Shown here: one piece after another, positions 1 to 10,345 of the stretch
Numbering within the stretch: the stretch's first letter is position 1
Layout of the letters: each line of letters opens with the position of its first letter
Assembly (NCBI GenBank): GCA_023266895.1
Contig: JAHFOI010000001.1
Span: forward strand, 1-52,132
DNA: 52,132 nucleotides
From: Candidatus Woesearchaeota archaeon
Lineage (GTDB): Archaea; Nanobdellota; Nanobdellia; Woesearchaeales; ARS49
Direction of reading: 5' to 3'
The notes under the pieces: model-generated
What the model was told of the DNA's origin: nothing
What the model saw: the letters and a program-made list of their open reading frames with translations, nothing else
Database searches by the model: none
Made by a program: the position numbers and the translations under genes

Positions 1-2
1 TA

Positions 3-2333
3 ACACTTATTGCAAAAACATTTGCCATAGATGCAGGGCAACTTCTTGCGCGAGCAGGAAGTGGTGGATTTGATGGAGTTAATCAAAATTTTGCACCAAG
101 CGGTGGAGCTGGTGTTATAGAACTTAAGCATGCAGGAATTTCTTGTAGTTCTGAGTGCCTTGATGGAATTATTCCAGACTATCAGCCAAGCATTGTATCC
201 GGTGTTAGTTCAGGATGTTGTGGTGCTCAGCATGAATGCATGAATTTTACAAATGCAACCTTGTGCACCCAGGTTAGTAATACAACTTGGCAATGGCTTA
301 CGTTGGACAAGCAGGGGAAAACATTCACAAGTGTGTGTGGTAGTCCAACAGCAATTTTAGTGAGTGATAGATATTATTCGTGTGGTGCCAATGCGTCAGG
401 CACAACCCTCTTGCGCATTGCAAGTGCATCTCAAAGCAACAAAAGTCATGAGTATGCTTGTCGTGATGTGTCTACATCAGGTTCTGCAAGTACACTGGGT
501 ATTGCAGAATGTAGGGGTAATGCTCCTGCATTTAGTGATTCAGCACGGTTTACTTCTGGTGAGAATATCACGCAAGTTCAGGGGTATCCTTCTCAGTCAT
601 TTTATTGTACTGCTGCGAGTCACTGGACTGCAGATTTGGATAATGCAGATCAAGAAACATGCACTCGTGCAGGGTATGTGTGGACTGGAAGCAAGTGTTG
701 TGCTGAGGAGGTCAATGAAACATACAATGAACCAAATATTTTGCCCACAGGTATTCCAAGCTGGCAAAATCCTGTGCGTTCAACAAGTATTGGAAATACC
801 ACACCAATTACTGGTGCATGTTGGGAGTCACAATATGTTGCACTTGGCCAATACGTGCTACGTAAAAATAACACGCCAACAGCTCAAGCATCTCTTCGTA
901 AGACAATTATTAATTATCAGGGAATGTTTTACAATTGTAATGAAGAAAATCGTAGCCTTCTTGGCACGCGTGACACACATACAGGTCAGGTTGTTGTGCA
1001 GGAATTAGGGCAGGCGTGTGCAGTGCTTGCAAATGCGCGTCCTGGAGCAGAGCAGCCTCATGCATTTTGCACATCTGAAGGGTGGTTGTTTGATAGTGAG
1101 TTGCGAAATTCTCGTACAACAATTGCATGGCAAGTGCCTGAAGTTATTCCTCAAGGATTTAGTGTGGGAGGCTGTTGTGGCGCGACAAGTTGCTGGAATG
1201 GGACAGGTTGTGTTCAAGATCAGGCAGGTCAGTCAAGTACACTGAATACCTATCCTGGTAATAGGCGTTGTATTCATGGTCAGTGGGTTGTGCAGGAACC
1301 AAAAATAAGTTTTAATGGTAATGGTCAAGGTTTTTGTCCAGAACCAACACAGTGTCTTGCAGATCCGTTAGGTAATCCTGCAAAGAATGGTAATGTTCAA
1401 CAGCTTGCAAGCATGCGTAGTCAGGATCGTCCTCAATGTTTGAATGCAAGTCAATACTTTTTGGACAATTTTTGCAAGCAAGGTAATTGGACATCACGCA
1501 CGCGTTTGCTTGCAACACAATTGCTTAGTCATGCATTACAGACAAGTCCTACAAACTATACCTTGTATTGTGACACGCCACAGCGCATAATTCCATGGCT
1601 TGATGATGTGCCTGTTGTGCAGGCATATTTTGCTGTGCCTTGTGCAAATGCTGATTCGTGCTCAAATAATTTGTGTGTGCTTATGACTGCTTCAGGAATT
1701 GGGGTAGGTACAACACTTAATAGTTTAGATCAAGATCCAGGGCTTGCGCTTCAAGGATTTATGAATGCACTTGGCAGTACTGGAGCACAATGCGTGGTTT
1801 CTGAGTTTTCAGGGCAAAATTTTGTGTCATGTGGTGAAGGAATCTGGTACAGTAAGGGTTTGAATGCAGTTGTGTATTTACCTAAAGAAAATTTCAGGCC
1901 TTTTGATGGAAGTGCAGGTGAAGTTCTAACAAATGCATTGCAACCCATTGTGCTAAGTGCGCAAGCGCATACCACAACTCTTCATCCTTTTGATAAACTG
2001 TATGCAACAACTAGGATGATGAATTCCTTGTACATTGCTCAGCATGAGCGTGGATTTTTGTTAAGTTTTGTTGAGCCAATGCAACGCAGGCCTGCAGGTA
2101 CTGGGGTGTTTCAAGACTGGCTTGGGGTGTATGCAAAAGGAATTGCACACTCTGCTTGTGCAGAACAACCTCTGGGCAGCATACGACAATATGATCCTCA
2201 GGCAGTCTGTACATATGATCCTTTGACACAGACAACAATTATTCTCAGAAGTCAGCAAGCGCAACCTCTGGATGCAACACCGAGCCCGCTGATTAAGGAG
2301 TACTCTAACATTGCAGGAAAACTACGCCCATGA
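3..2333 (+). CDS. Cys-rich, N-glycosylation-sequon-rich surface protein, 5'-truncated by window edge
   Basis: The reading frame is open from nt 3 with no stop before the first ATG (240), so the gene begins upstream of the window. Many Cys and N-x-S/T sites, no TM helix. The stop overlaps the next start as ATGA (2330-2333). Confidence 0.6.
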   Translation, partial: TLIAKTFAIDAGQLLARAGSGGFDGVNQNFAPSGGAGVIELKHAGISCSSECLDGIIPDYQPSIVSGVSSGCCGAQHECMNFTNATLCTQVSNTTWQWLTLDKQGKTFTSVCGSPTAILVSDRYYSCGANASGTTLLRIASASQSNKSHEYACRDVSTSGSASTLGIAECRGNAPAFSDSARFTSGENITQVQGYPSQSFYCTAASHWTADLDNADQETCTRAGYVWTGSKCCAEEVNETYNEPNILPTGIPSWQNPVRSTSIGNTTPITGACWESQYVALGQYVLRKNNTPTAQASLRKTIINYQGMFYNCNEENRSLLGTRDTHTGQVVVQELGQACAVLANARPGAEQPHAFCTSEGWLFDSELRNSRTTIAWQVPEVIPQGFSVGGCCGATSCWNGTGCVQDQAGQSSTLNTYPGNRRCIHGQWVVQEPKISFNGNGQGFCPEPTQCLADPLGNPAKNGNVQQLASMRSQDRPQCLNASQYFLDNFCKQGNWTSRTRLLATQLLSHALQTSPTNYTLYCDTPQRIIPWLDDVPVVQAYFAVPCANADSCSNNLCVLMTASGIGVGTTLNSLDQDPGLALQGFMNALGSTGAQCVVSEFSGQNFVSCGEGIWYSKGLNAVVYLPKENFRPFDGSAGEVLTNALQPIVLSAQAHTTTLHPFDKLYATTRMMNSLYIAQHERGFLLSFVEPMQRRPAGTGVFQDWLGVYAKGIAHSACAEQPLGSIRQYDPQAVCTYDPLTQTTIILRSQQAQPLDATPSPLIKEYSNIAGKLRP

Positions 2334-3583
2334 AAAATCTGAACAATCGCGCCCAACTCACAGTTTTTATCATTCTTGCTATGCTGATTTTGATTGTTGT
2401 TGGAACCCTTGTGTGGGCTGGAGTTCGCGTGAGTAACACAAATCAATTTGCGCAGCAAGACAATCGTGCAAGAACAAGTGCAGTGCATGCGTATCTTGAA
2501 TCATGTCTTGAGCGTGTTGCTCTTGACACAATTGCGCTTTGGGCAGGTCAGGGAGGAAGGTTGTATGTTGATCAGGGAGGTCAGGATCCACTGCCCGACC
2601 AATTTATCAGGTTTGAGGGAAAAACAATTCCATACCTTATCTTGCCTCCAGAAGGTGCTGTGGGGAGTGTGTATTCTGCAGCACCTCCAGAGTATCCGTG
2701 GAGAGGTTTTCCATTTTTAACAACTGGTCAGCCATGGTTGTATGGGTATTATGGAAGAAGCATGCTGTTGCCCTTGTATGATAATTTTTCATTTTCTGCA
2801 CAGCACAACTTTGAGCAGGCAATAGAATTTGGCATGCGTGCGCAATGCAAAAATCTTGCAGCAATAACAAGAATGCCAACACTTCTGGATTCAGTTCGTG
2901 TTTTTGTGACTCTTGCGCAGGATCCGTTGTTTGTGCTTGATACGTTGAGTTTAGCTCAAGAGCATAGCATAATTAGCGCAAGTGTTCATGTGAAAAGTGC
3001 TGATGAACAGAATACGGTTGTTGACTGGCAGGATACCATAAGTTTCGCACAATCTGTGCGCATTGTCAAACTGTATCATGTTATAAAAAATCTGATTGAA
3101 CAGGACACAACACGCATTGACTTTAATATTCAGGGAATACAGTCCGGAGGTTATGTTGTGACAGTATTGCCTCAGGGGGCTGATGACTTGATTATGGTGC
3201 GGGATGAGCGTACACGTATTAACGGGCGTGCCTTGGAATTTTTGTTTGGACGAAAAAATAGGCTGCCAGCATTGTATGAATTGCCAAAGACTTTATCAGT
3301 GGGCTGCATAGGAACAAGTATTACGTATGATGCAACGACTGCAACACTTTGGATTGCACCCCCTGTGCAACAAACAGGTTGTGGACAAAACACGAGCCTA
3401 TCTCTCAAAGCACTTGATCCTGATGAGGAAAAAGTTACGTATGCATTTGTTCCGTTGCTTCCTCATATAATAACTTCTGATGAAGTGAGTGCGAATAAAG
3501 ATTTGCCTCTTACAGTGTTCGTAAAAGATAGTGCAAACATGACTGATTGGCAATCAATTCAAATTCCTTTGAGGCGCACATGA
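2330..3583 (+). CDS. Type IV pilin-like protein (class III signal peptide) with large globular domain
   Basis: N-terminus MKNLNNRAQ/LTVFIILAMLILIVVGTLVW: a short basic leader, [GAS]-Q, then about 20 hydrophobic residues. ATGA overlaps at both gene ends. Confidence 0.5.
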   Translation: MKNLNNRAQLTVFIILAMLILIVVGTLVWAGVRVSNTNQFAQQDNRARTSAVHAYLESCLERVALDTIALWAGQGGRLYVDQGGQDPLPDQFIRFEGKTIPYLILPPEGAVGSVYSAAPPEYPWRGFPFLTTGQPWLYGYYGRSMLLPLYDNFSFSAQHNFEQAIEFGMRAQCKNLAAITRMPTLLDSVRVFVTLAQDPLFVLDTLSLAQEHSIISASVHVKSADEQNTVVDWQDTISFAQSVRIVKLYHVIKNLIEQDTTRIDFNIQGIQSGGYVVTVLPQGADDLIMVRDERTRINGRALEFLFGRKNRLPALYELPKTLSVGCIGTSITYDATTATLWIAPPVQQTGCGQNTSLSLKALDPDEEKVTYAFVPLLPHIITSDEVSANKDLPLTVFVKDSANMTDWQSIQIPLRRT

Positions 3584-6500
3584 TTAAAACTAAAAAAACT
3601 TTTTTCCTTCGCTGGTGTACTGGCTATGATGCCTGTTCAGTAAAATACAATCTTTTTTTCCTGCTGGTAGGAATCATATTTTTTGTTGTTCTTTTAAGTA
3701 GTATTCTTCCGCAGGTTAGTGCAGCTATCACTGGCTGTTGTTGTGATCCAATAACGCGTACTGGAGGATTTCAGCCTCAGCCTGAGTGTGCTGCTGAATA
3801 TCTTTTTTTCCCAAATATCAGTGTTGGTCAAACCTGTGGTGTAGTGTGTGATGCGCGTCTTCCGCCTGCGTTGCCCCAGAATTGTACAACTCAAGAGCCA
3901 CAAAACGTGGTTGCTCGGCCACTTGCAGGACAGCCTGTTGTGCTGATTTCATGGCAGTCAGGGTGTGGTGCGGATAGTGCAGATGTTGAGCGATGCCTGG
4001 GATCTTCATGCACTGCATTCACTTCACTGGTGAAAACCCAAAGTACAAGTTATTTGGATCAGGATACTGATCTGGTTGTGGGACAAGACATCAAGTATAG
4101 GGTCAGGTTTCATTATGATTCACTGAATATGACAACGCAGTATGTTGTGGCAACAACAAATCTTGGAGATATTGAATGTCAAGGTCAGGCACAGGATGTG
4201 AGTTTTTGTATAAGTCCTTTTTTCTACATTGCGTACAAAAAATACTTTGTGCAAAAAGGGTATCAAAGTCCTATTGCAAGTATTCCTGCAGTGTCTCGTG
4301 AACAATTTATTCAGTCATTTGATGCAACAATTAATACAACATTTTTCAGTAGGTTCAATACTGCATTCATGTGTGGTCAGGACAATAAATTGCATCAGCA
4401 ATGGGGTTGTACTGTAGGTAGTGCGTGTGTGAATAATCCAGAAACTCAGTGTGCACAACTCAAGGTGTGCCGTCAGCAAACAACTCTTTTTGGTATTTAC
4501 ACCACCACAGACTTGTGTGAGAAGGATCAGAACGCAACTTCGTACTGCTTTTTTGATCGTTCTTCGTCTATCACTAATCAGTGTTATGCCTGTAATCCAC
4601 GTATGAATTGTTATGATTATCGCACAAAAGAGTCATGTCAGCGTGATAATTGTGGTGTTGGCGCAAGTACTGTAAGAGTTACAGCAAATAATGCTGCTGC
4701 AAATACTGAAGGTCAGAGTGGAGGTTGTGAGTGGCGAGAGACCATACCTCAGCTTGGCATAGGAGTGTGTGTTGATGCTCAAAAAAATAATTGTATTGCG
4801 TGTGATCAAACAGAAAATGTTGGGGGGATATTTGGTCTTGATAATCATGACGCGTACAATCCTGTGTTTGATGCGTGCACTCCAGAAAAAGCTCAAGCGC
4901 TTGGCAGGCCAGATGATGCATTTCAGTGTTTTTACACTGCTGATGAGAATACTGCAATAGGTTGTGATACTGCAAGTTGTGTGTCATTTAAAAATCAACA
5001 ACAATGTGCTACACCAAGTGCGGGCATACAGCTTGATGCAACAAATGCACTACGTCAATCATCAGCAGATCCTTGTAGCATACGTGTTTGTCAGTGGTAT
5101 GCAAGTGCAACAGGAGGTAGGTGTGCCAAAAACGCTGATGGCAGGTCTGACATTATTGATTGTGTAAATGCAACATGTGAGCAAGACTACTTTCCGCCGA
5201 TCACCACGCTTGTTGCCCAGAAAAGTAATGGAACTCTAAGTGGGTTGAGTATTCGTGTATTGGATAAGACAACAAAACAGGAATTGCCAACTCTGCATCA
5301 AGGGTACACAACCTTTTTGTGCGTCAAAACACCCACGCAGTCGTGCGCAAATGCACAGCAATTTTCTATTAACACAACTAGTCAGTCACTTTCTCTTCAG
5401 GATCTCACCCTTCTTGATGGTCAAATGCCTGTGGCGCATCTGCTTGATGGAGTTAACACTCTTTTTTATTATTCTATTGATTCTGCACGTAATCTGGAAA
5501 TTGTGAAAAACACCACTTTTTTTGCGTGCACGAACTGTCAAGGACCGCAGCTCATAAAAATAAGTATTCTGCCAAGTAGGGCAGTCAATCAAACAGTTTA
5601 TACAAATCAGAATCTGCCTCGTATTGAGCTGAGTTTTAATGTTCCTGCAGAGCTCATACCTGGCACAGGGCTTACGCAAGCCAACCAAACTATTGCAGTG
5701 CAGGGCATCACTCCAGGCTATCATCTTAATTATACGCTTACACCAACACGTGTGCTTCAAGACGGGTCATACGTACTTGTTATTCAAGCTCGTGCACAAA
5801 ATGGTGTGATTATGAGTCAGGCGCGCGTGCTCACATTGGTTATTGATACACAACCTCCGCGTATTCAGTTTGGAATAGCAGGAGAAACTAAACTTAACAC
5901 AACCCAAACAGTCATACCCTTCACGAGTACAGAGCCTATGGATCTTCCTACTGTTTCATACACTGAGGAAACATACTTGAATGGGTTTGCAAAAAAAATC
6001 AGTACAATTCAGGTTTCTGAGCAGGATGTAATATCGCAGAATAATCAGTACCAGTTTGTGCTTCGTGCCACAACACAAGGGGTGAAAAAAGTTCAAGTGC
6101 TTGCAAAAGATTTTGCAGGAAATACTGCAATAGCTACAGTTACGTATTATGTTTTGAATCAAGCTCCGGAAATTCGTATGGTCAGTCCTTCTTTTGGTGT
6201 TACGACAACACAAACCTTTGATGTGGGTATTGAGACAAGTATTCCTGCTACGTGCAAGCTTTGGTTTAATGCACCGCCGTTGCCTGTCACGCAATTTGAT
6301 CAGCTTTCATCTCTTGCAACAAACAACAGCTTGATGCATACCCAGCAAGCGCTTTCTCTCACTCAACCAACTGGTTTGCTGACTGTGTATTGTAAAAATG
6401 CACAAGGCATACGCACTCGAACGTATACTATTGTGCTTGATCCGAATCCTCCGCAGGTTGCGGAATTCCATGCATTTCCAAATCCAGTATTTGAAGGTCC

Positions 6501-8613
6501 TCCTTTTGTCACACAACTGAGCATTAACTTGAATAAGCCAGGTTTTTGCAAGTATAGCACGACAACAACGAATTATGCGTTGATGGAAAACACCTTTCCC
6601 GAATTTCAAGAGGAGCCGCGCACAACCCACACAGATGCATTTAGCACTAATGGAACAATAACAGTGAATGCAGCCTGTGAATCGCCTGCAGGAAGAGTGA
6701 GTCAGACAAAAACAATTCTTGTGCAAACAAATGCAACAGCAAAATTAAGCGCAATAAGCACAACACCTGTCACAACAAACTCAACAAACATCACTCTTGG
6801 TGTGCAAACAAACAAAAAAGCAGTGTGTTATGTGGGGTATGCGCCAGACAATCTTGTTCAGTGCATGAGTAATTGTACGTTTGAGTATGCGCATGTGACA
6901 ACCCTAGAAGGAATTTCAGGCAATAACACGTACTATGCAAGTTGTACCACGCCAAATTCACAGGAAACAACAACTCCATTCAGTATTAGTGTGCTTGCAG
7001 ACATAACTGCTCCGCTCATGCAGTTTGTTAATGATACTGCGTATTATGAAACAAATGGTGCACATGAGCTTCTTGTGCCAGGATTTCCTGATGTGAGTTT
7101 TTTCACAGACAGAATTATGGTGGGAATGTTTGCTTCAGACAATGAAACCCGTGTCATGAAATATGTGTACAGTGTAGAAACAGTGTTTGGCAATGCGGTT
7201 GTGATTCCTGACACAGAATTTAATGTGCTGAATGGTTCAAGTACGTGGGTTTTGCTGGGCAATACCAGTCTTGCTGATCAGACCGAGTACAGATTTAGTG
7301 TGCGTGCAGTTAATGCAGTGGGGCGCGTGAGTGAAGCTATGAAAAGCGATGGTGTGCTTATTGATGCGAGCAAGAAGCCCGGTTTGTGTGCCAACAAACA
7401 AAAAGACGAAAATGAGACTGATCTGGATTGTGGAAAAAGCTGTGGTCCTACATGTCAGGAAAACAAGTCTTGCATAACGCATAATGATTGTGTAAGTCTT
7501 TATTGTAGTCAATCAACTCATACGTGTGCGCAACCATCCTGTACTGATAACATAAAGAATGGTAAGGAATCAGACATAGATTGCGGCGGTGCCTGCGCGC
7601 CGTGTAGCATAGGAAAAGTCTGTACTCAACACACAGATTGTAACACTCAGTATTGTGCGCAACAGAATGCTACGTGTGGTACTGCTCCCTTGTGCAGTGA
7701 TAATGTGCTTTCATCAGGAGAGTCAGATATAGATTGCGGAGGTAGTTGTACAGCTAAATGCAGTCAGGGACAAACCTGTGTTGCACAAACAGATTGTGCT
7801 CAAGCACTCCTGTGCGCCAACAGCAGATGTCAAACCTGCAATGGTAATGACTGCGGTCCGTATTCTTGTGGAGACAATATTCCAGATGCGTGGCGTCAGA
7901 AGTATTTCAACACTCTTTCCTGCACTGGGCAAGGCGCACAAGATGCAGATCCTGATCATGATGGACTTCGCAATGGTGATGAGCATCTTCAGCATACAGA
8001 TCCAACTCGTGCAGATACAGATGGTGATGGCTGGAATGATATGGCTGAGCTTGCAAAAGGAACAAATCCTGTGGATGCAAGTGATCATCCTTCTCGAAGA
8101 GTGATTTTCTGGATTATCGGAGGGCTAAGTATGGTCTTGCTTTGTCTTGCAGGATATTACAGAAACAAGTGGCTTCCATATCTTGGCAGGAAAAGTTTGC
8201 GAACAGTTCAGCATCCTTTTGTGAGGCAAGTGCCTCAATACTTTTTCCGTAAATCAAAAGAGTTGTCAGCACGCAAAAAAATACATGAATCTTCTCAGCA
8301 GGATCAGGAGGTAAATCAGCATGTTTTTGAGAAAGATTTTTCTCAAGAAACAGTAAGTTCTGAGCGACAAGGTGTAGCAGAAAAATCAAAACTCACTATT
8401 TTTGATCGGCTCAAGCTTATTGCACTTCAAAAACTTCCTCAAGCAGAACAGCAGCGTTTGCTCAAAGAGTTTGAAGCACTAAAGCAAGGAACGCTTGCAG
8501 AGCAAGAACGCAATCAATTGTTTGCAAAACTAAAAATAACAAGTACGTGGTATGAGCTTCATAAAGAGACACTGCATAAAGAACTCAGTACGTGGCTTGG
8601 TAGGAAAAAATGA
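3580..8613 (+). CDS. Giant (1677 aa) type-I membrane surface protein with FN3-like, Cys-rich, Ig-like, 8-Cys repeat and TSP3-like Ca-binding modules, a TM helix and a cytoplasmic coiled-coil tail
   Basis: ATG 3580 forms ATGA with the upstream stop (the track start 3547 is TTG). Sec-type signal ...LPQVSA/AITG. FN3-like segment at 3898-4116. Three 51-aa 8-Cys repeats at 7387-7839. DxDxDG repeats at 7942-8049. TM helix VIFWIIGGLSMVLLCLAGYY at 8101-8160, followed by a roughly 150-aa charged tail. Confidence 0.75.
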   Translation: MIKTKKTFFLRWCTGYDACSVKYNLFFLLVGIIFFVVLLSSILPQVSAAITGCCCDPITRTGGFQPQPECAAEYLFFPNISVGQTCGVVCDARLPPALPQNCTTQEPQNVVARPLAGQPVVLISWQSGCGADSADVERCLGSSCTAFTSLVKTQSTSYLDQDTDLVVGQDIKYRVRFHYDSLNMTTQYVVATTNLGDIECQGQAQDVSFCISPFFYIAYKKYFVQKGYQSPIASIPAVSREQFIQSFDATINTTFFSRFNTAFMCGQDNKLHQQWGCTVGSACVNNPETQCAQLKVCRQQTTLFGIYTTTDLCEKDQNATSYCFFDRSSSITNQCYACNPRMNCYDYRTKESCQRDNCGVGASTVRVTANNAAANTEGQSGGCEWRETIPQLGIGVCVDAQKNNCIACDQTENVGGIFGLDNHDAYNPVFDACTPEKAQALGRPDDAFQCFYTADENTAIGCDTASCVSFKNQQQCATPSAGIQLDATNALRQSSADPCSIRVCQWYASATGGRCAKNADGRSDIIDCVNATCEQDYFPPITTLVAQKSNGTLSGLSIRVLDKTTKQELPTLHQGYTTFLCVKTPTQSCANAQQFSINTTSQSLSLQDLTLLDGQMPVAHLLDGVNTLFYYSIDSARNLEIVKNTTFFACTNCQGPQLIKISILPSRAVNQTVYTNQNLPRIELSFNVPAELIPGTGLTQANQTIAVQGITPGYHLNYTLTPTRVLQDGSYVLVIQARAQNGVIMSQARVLTLVIDTQPPRIQFGIAGETKLNTTQTVIPFTSTEPMDLPTVSYTEETYLNGFAKKISTIQVSEQDVISQNNQYQFVLRATTQGVKKVQVLAKDFAGNTAIATVTYYVLNQAPEIRMVSPSFGVTTTQTFDVGIETSIPATCKLWFNAPPLPVTQFDQLSSLATNNSLMHTQQALSLTQPTGLLTVYCKNAQGIRTRTYTIVLDPNPPQVAEFHAFPNPVFEGPPFVTQLSINLNKPGFCKYSTTTTNYALMENTFPEFQEEPRTTHTDAFSTNGTITVNAACESPAGRVSQTKTILVQTNATAKLSAISTTPVTTNSTNITLGVQTNKKAVCYVGYAPDNLVQCMSNCTFEYAHVTTLEGISGNNTYYASCTTPNSQETTTPFSISVLADITAPLMQFVNDTAYYETNGAHELLVPGFPDVSFFTDRIMVGMFASDNETRVMKYVYSVETVFGNAVVIPDTEFNVLNGSSTWVLLGNTSLADQTEYRFSVRAVNAVGRVSEAMKSDGVLIDASKKPGLCANKQKDENETDLDCGKSCGPTCQENKSCITHNDCVSLYCSQSTHTCAQPSCTDNIKNGKESDIDCGGACAPCSIGKVCTQHTDCNTQYCAQQNATCGTAPLCSDNVLSSGESDIDCGGSCTAKCSQGQTCVAQTDCAQALLCANSRCQTCNGNDCGPYSCGDNIPDAWRQKYFNTLSCTGQGAQDADPDHDGLRNGDEHLQHTDPTRADTDGDGWNDMAELAKGTNPVDASDHPSRRVIFWIIGGLSMVLLCLAGYYRNKWLPYLGRKSLRTVQHPFVRQVPQYFFRKSKELSARKKIHESSQQDQEVNQHVFEKDFSQETVSSERQGVAEKSKLTIFDRLKLIALQKLPQAEQQRLLKEFEALKQGTLAEQERNQLFAKLKITSTWYELHKETLHKELSTWLGRKK
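7387..7839 (+). repeat. Three tandem 153-nt (51-aa) 8-cysteine repeats inside the giant gene
   Basis: Units start at 7387, 7540 and 7693. Shared pattern: C-x-D/N-x5-7-E-[ST]-D-[IL]-D-C-G-[GK]-x-C-x2-C-x5-C-x5-D-C-x4-C-x6-C. Confidence 0.8.
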
Positions 8614-9221
8614 GCAAGAAGATGAAGCATGGTACGGCACTGCACAAGAAAGTGTTACAAGCTACCGAAAGTTCTCGTACGTGTGTTCTTGCCCAAAAGT
8701 ATGTCATGCCTGCAAAGGTGCATGCACAAATTATAGGTCAGGTATTTGTATTTATTATTGCAGGACTCGTGTTTGTACTCATACTTACGTATGGCTATAC
8801 TGCAATCACGAAGTTATTAGAAACAAAAAAAAGTGTTGATGTTATAGAGTTTAAAACTAGTCTTGAGCAAAACATTGCTGCAATACGCACGAGCACAGGA
8901 AGCGTGCGTAAAGTGGTTTTGTCTGTTCCTTCAGAGTATATTGAATTTTGTGCAGTAGATCCTCTAATGACGCAGGCGCATAGTAAAGAGTTTAAAAAAA
9001 ACCACCCGCTTTTTTTTAATGCATGGCGGTCAGATCCTACACTCACAGTGTTCCTTCAACCATTGCTTGAAACACCGATTAAACTGCCAGACATTGCAGT
9101 CAACGGGCCATTATTTGACGAGCCGGGTTTTTTTTGCATTCCAGTCAGTAATGGAAGACTTGTGCTTAGCATGCAGGGCACGGGCACGCATGCGCAACTT
9201 CTTCCGTGGGTGGAGTCATGA
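8610..9221 (+). CDS. Pilin-like membrane-anchored protein
   Basis: Contains ...VHAQ/IIGQVFVFIIAGLVFVLILTYG. ATGA overlap with the giant gene. An internal ATG at 8706 would give a short MPAKVHAQ leader instead. Confidence 0.45.
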   Translation: MSKKMKHGTALHKKVLQATESSRTCVLAQKYVMPAKVHAQIIGQVFVFIIAGLVFVLILTYGYTAITKLLETKKSVDVIEFKTSLEQNIAAIRTSTGSVRKVVLSVPSEYIEFCAVDPLMTQAHSKEFKKNHPLFFNAWRSDPTLTVFLQPLLETPIKLPDIAVNGPLFDEPGFFCIPVSNGRLVLSMQGTGTHAQLLPWVES

Positions 9222-10297
9222 AAAAACTTCCTTCCAAAACCGTGCGTGGGTTCTGGTCAAGAAAGGCATTTGAAGTGCAGTTTCACTGGATTTTTATCAT
9301 GATTGCAGGAGCAATTATTCTTACGTTTTTCATTACTGTTGTCACAAAGTATCAGTCGGTTAGTGAAGAACGTTTTTCTCTTGTGTTGAGTAAGCAATTG
9401 GAAACAATTCTTTCTGGTGCGAGTATTGCAAAGCAAACCACACAGCACATACAGCTTCCACTTCCTCTGAAAACCTCTTGTACAGAAACGTGTGCGTGCA
9501 GTTTTAGTACAGGAACAAAAGTAACTCAGCTTAAAGGAACATCTCTTTTTAGTCCGTCAGTTCTTGCTGGAAAAGAGCTCATATACACAACCCATGATTG
9601 GAATATTCCTTTTCGTGCAGGAGTGTTTGTGTATCTTACTGATGACCAACAGCAATATGCACTCGTGTATGATCCTGGTGACAGCGCAAGCACTGCGTTA
9701 CTCACAAAAATAACACAGCAATTGCCGCAGGAATTGAGCGTAAAAAACATAAGCATAACTCTGCTGTCATCAATTGTGCTGCAGCAAGAAAACAAAAAAA
9801 TTCATTTGATTTTCCTTAACACACTGCCAGATGCATTCGCATTGCGTAACGCGCAGGAAAATTCTGGCGTAATTATAACAGTGATCACTGCAGCTGGAGG
9901 TGTGCAGTTTTATGCACGAAATACAGTGCAAGAATCAAACAATGTTCAGATAGCGCAGGTTCCTATTGCAAGTACCTGGACTAGTGATGCTGAATTGGTT
10001 GGTGCAATTTTTAGTGACACGCAGCGTAGTTATGCCTGCAATTTGAGGCAAGCATATGCTCGTGCACAATGGATTGTGCAAGTTCAGAATAAACGTCTTG
10101 ATGCATTGCAGTCACGTTGTTCAACTACCAAAATTAAAGAAACACTTGCTGAATTTGAGAAAACAATGAAAGTCCTCTCGCAGGAAATAGGAACTCAAGG
10201 TGAAGCGCCAGCAGTACTTACATTGCGAGCACTCCAGCATGATCTTGCGCAGGAAAATCAGCAGCTTGCCAAAGCAAACTGTCCAACAATATACTAA
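9218..10297 (+). CDS. Pilin-like membrane-anchored protein
   Basis: ATG 9218 forms ATGA with the upstream stop (track start 9206 is GTG). N-terminus MKKLPSKTVRGFWSRKAFEVQ/FHWIFIMIAGAIILTFFITVV. Confidence 0.45.
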   Translation: MKKLPSKTVRGFWSRKAFEVQFHWIFIMIAGAIILTFFITVVTKYQSVSEERFSLVLSKQLETILSGASIAKQTTQHIQLPLPLKTSCTETCACSFSTGTKVTQLKGTSLFSPSVLAGKELIYTTHDWNIPFRAGVFVYLTDDQQQYALVYDPGDSASTALLTKITQQLPQELSVKNISITLLSSIVLQQENKKIHLIFLNTLPDAFALRNAQENSGVIITVITAAGGVQFYARNTVQESNNVQIAQVPIASTWTSDAELVGAIFSDTQRSYACNLRQAYARAQWIVQVQNKRLDALQSRCSTTKIKETLAEFEKTMKVLSQEIGTQGEAPAVLTLRALQHDLAQENQQLAKANCPTIY

Positions 10298-10345
10298 TCC
10301 AATAATATAATAATACAGTTAATACATAATCTGGTTCAGGAAAAA

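Noticed and set aside
3694-8389. Numerous 60-140-aa antisense or off-frame ORFs inside the giant gene (e.g. 5386-5760, 6307-6726, 7723-8088)
   Set aside because: They are all embedded in a continuous 5-kb ORF with clear domain structure. Their translations are low-complexity and lack start signals, so they are shadow ORFs.
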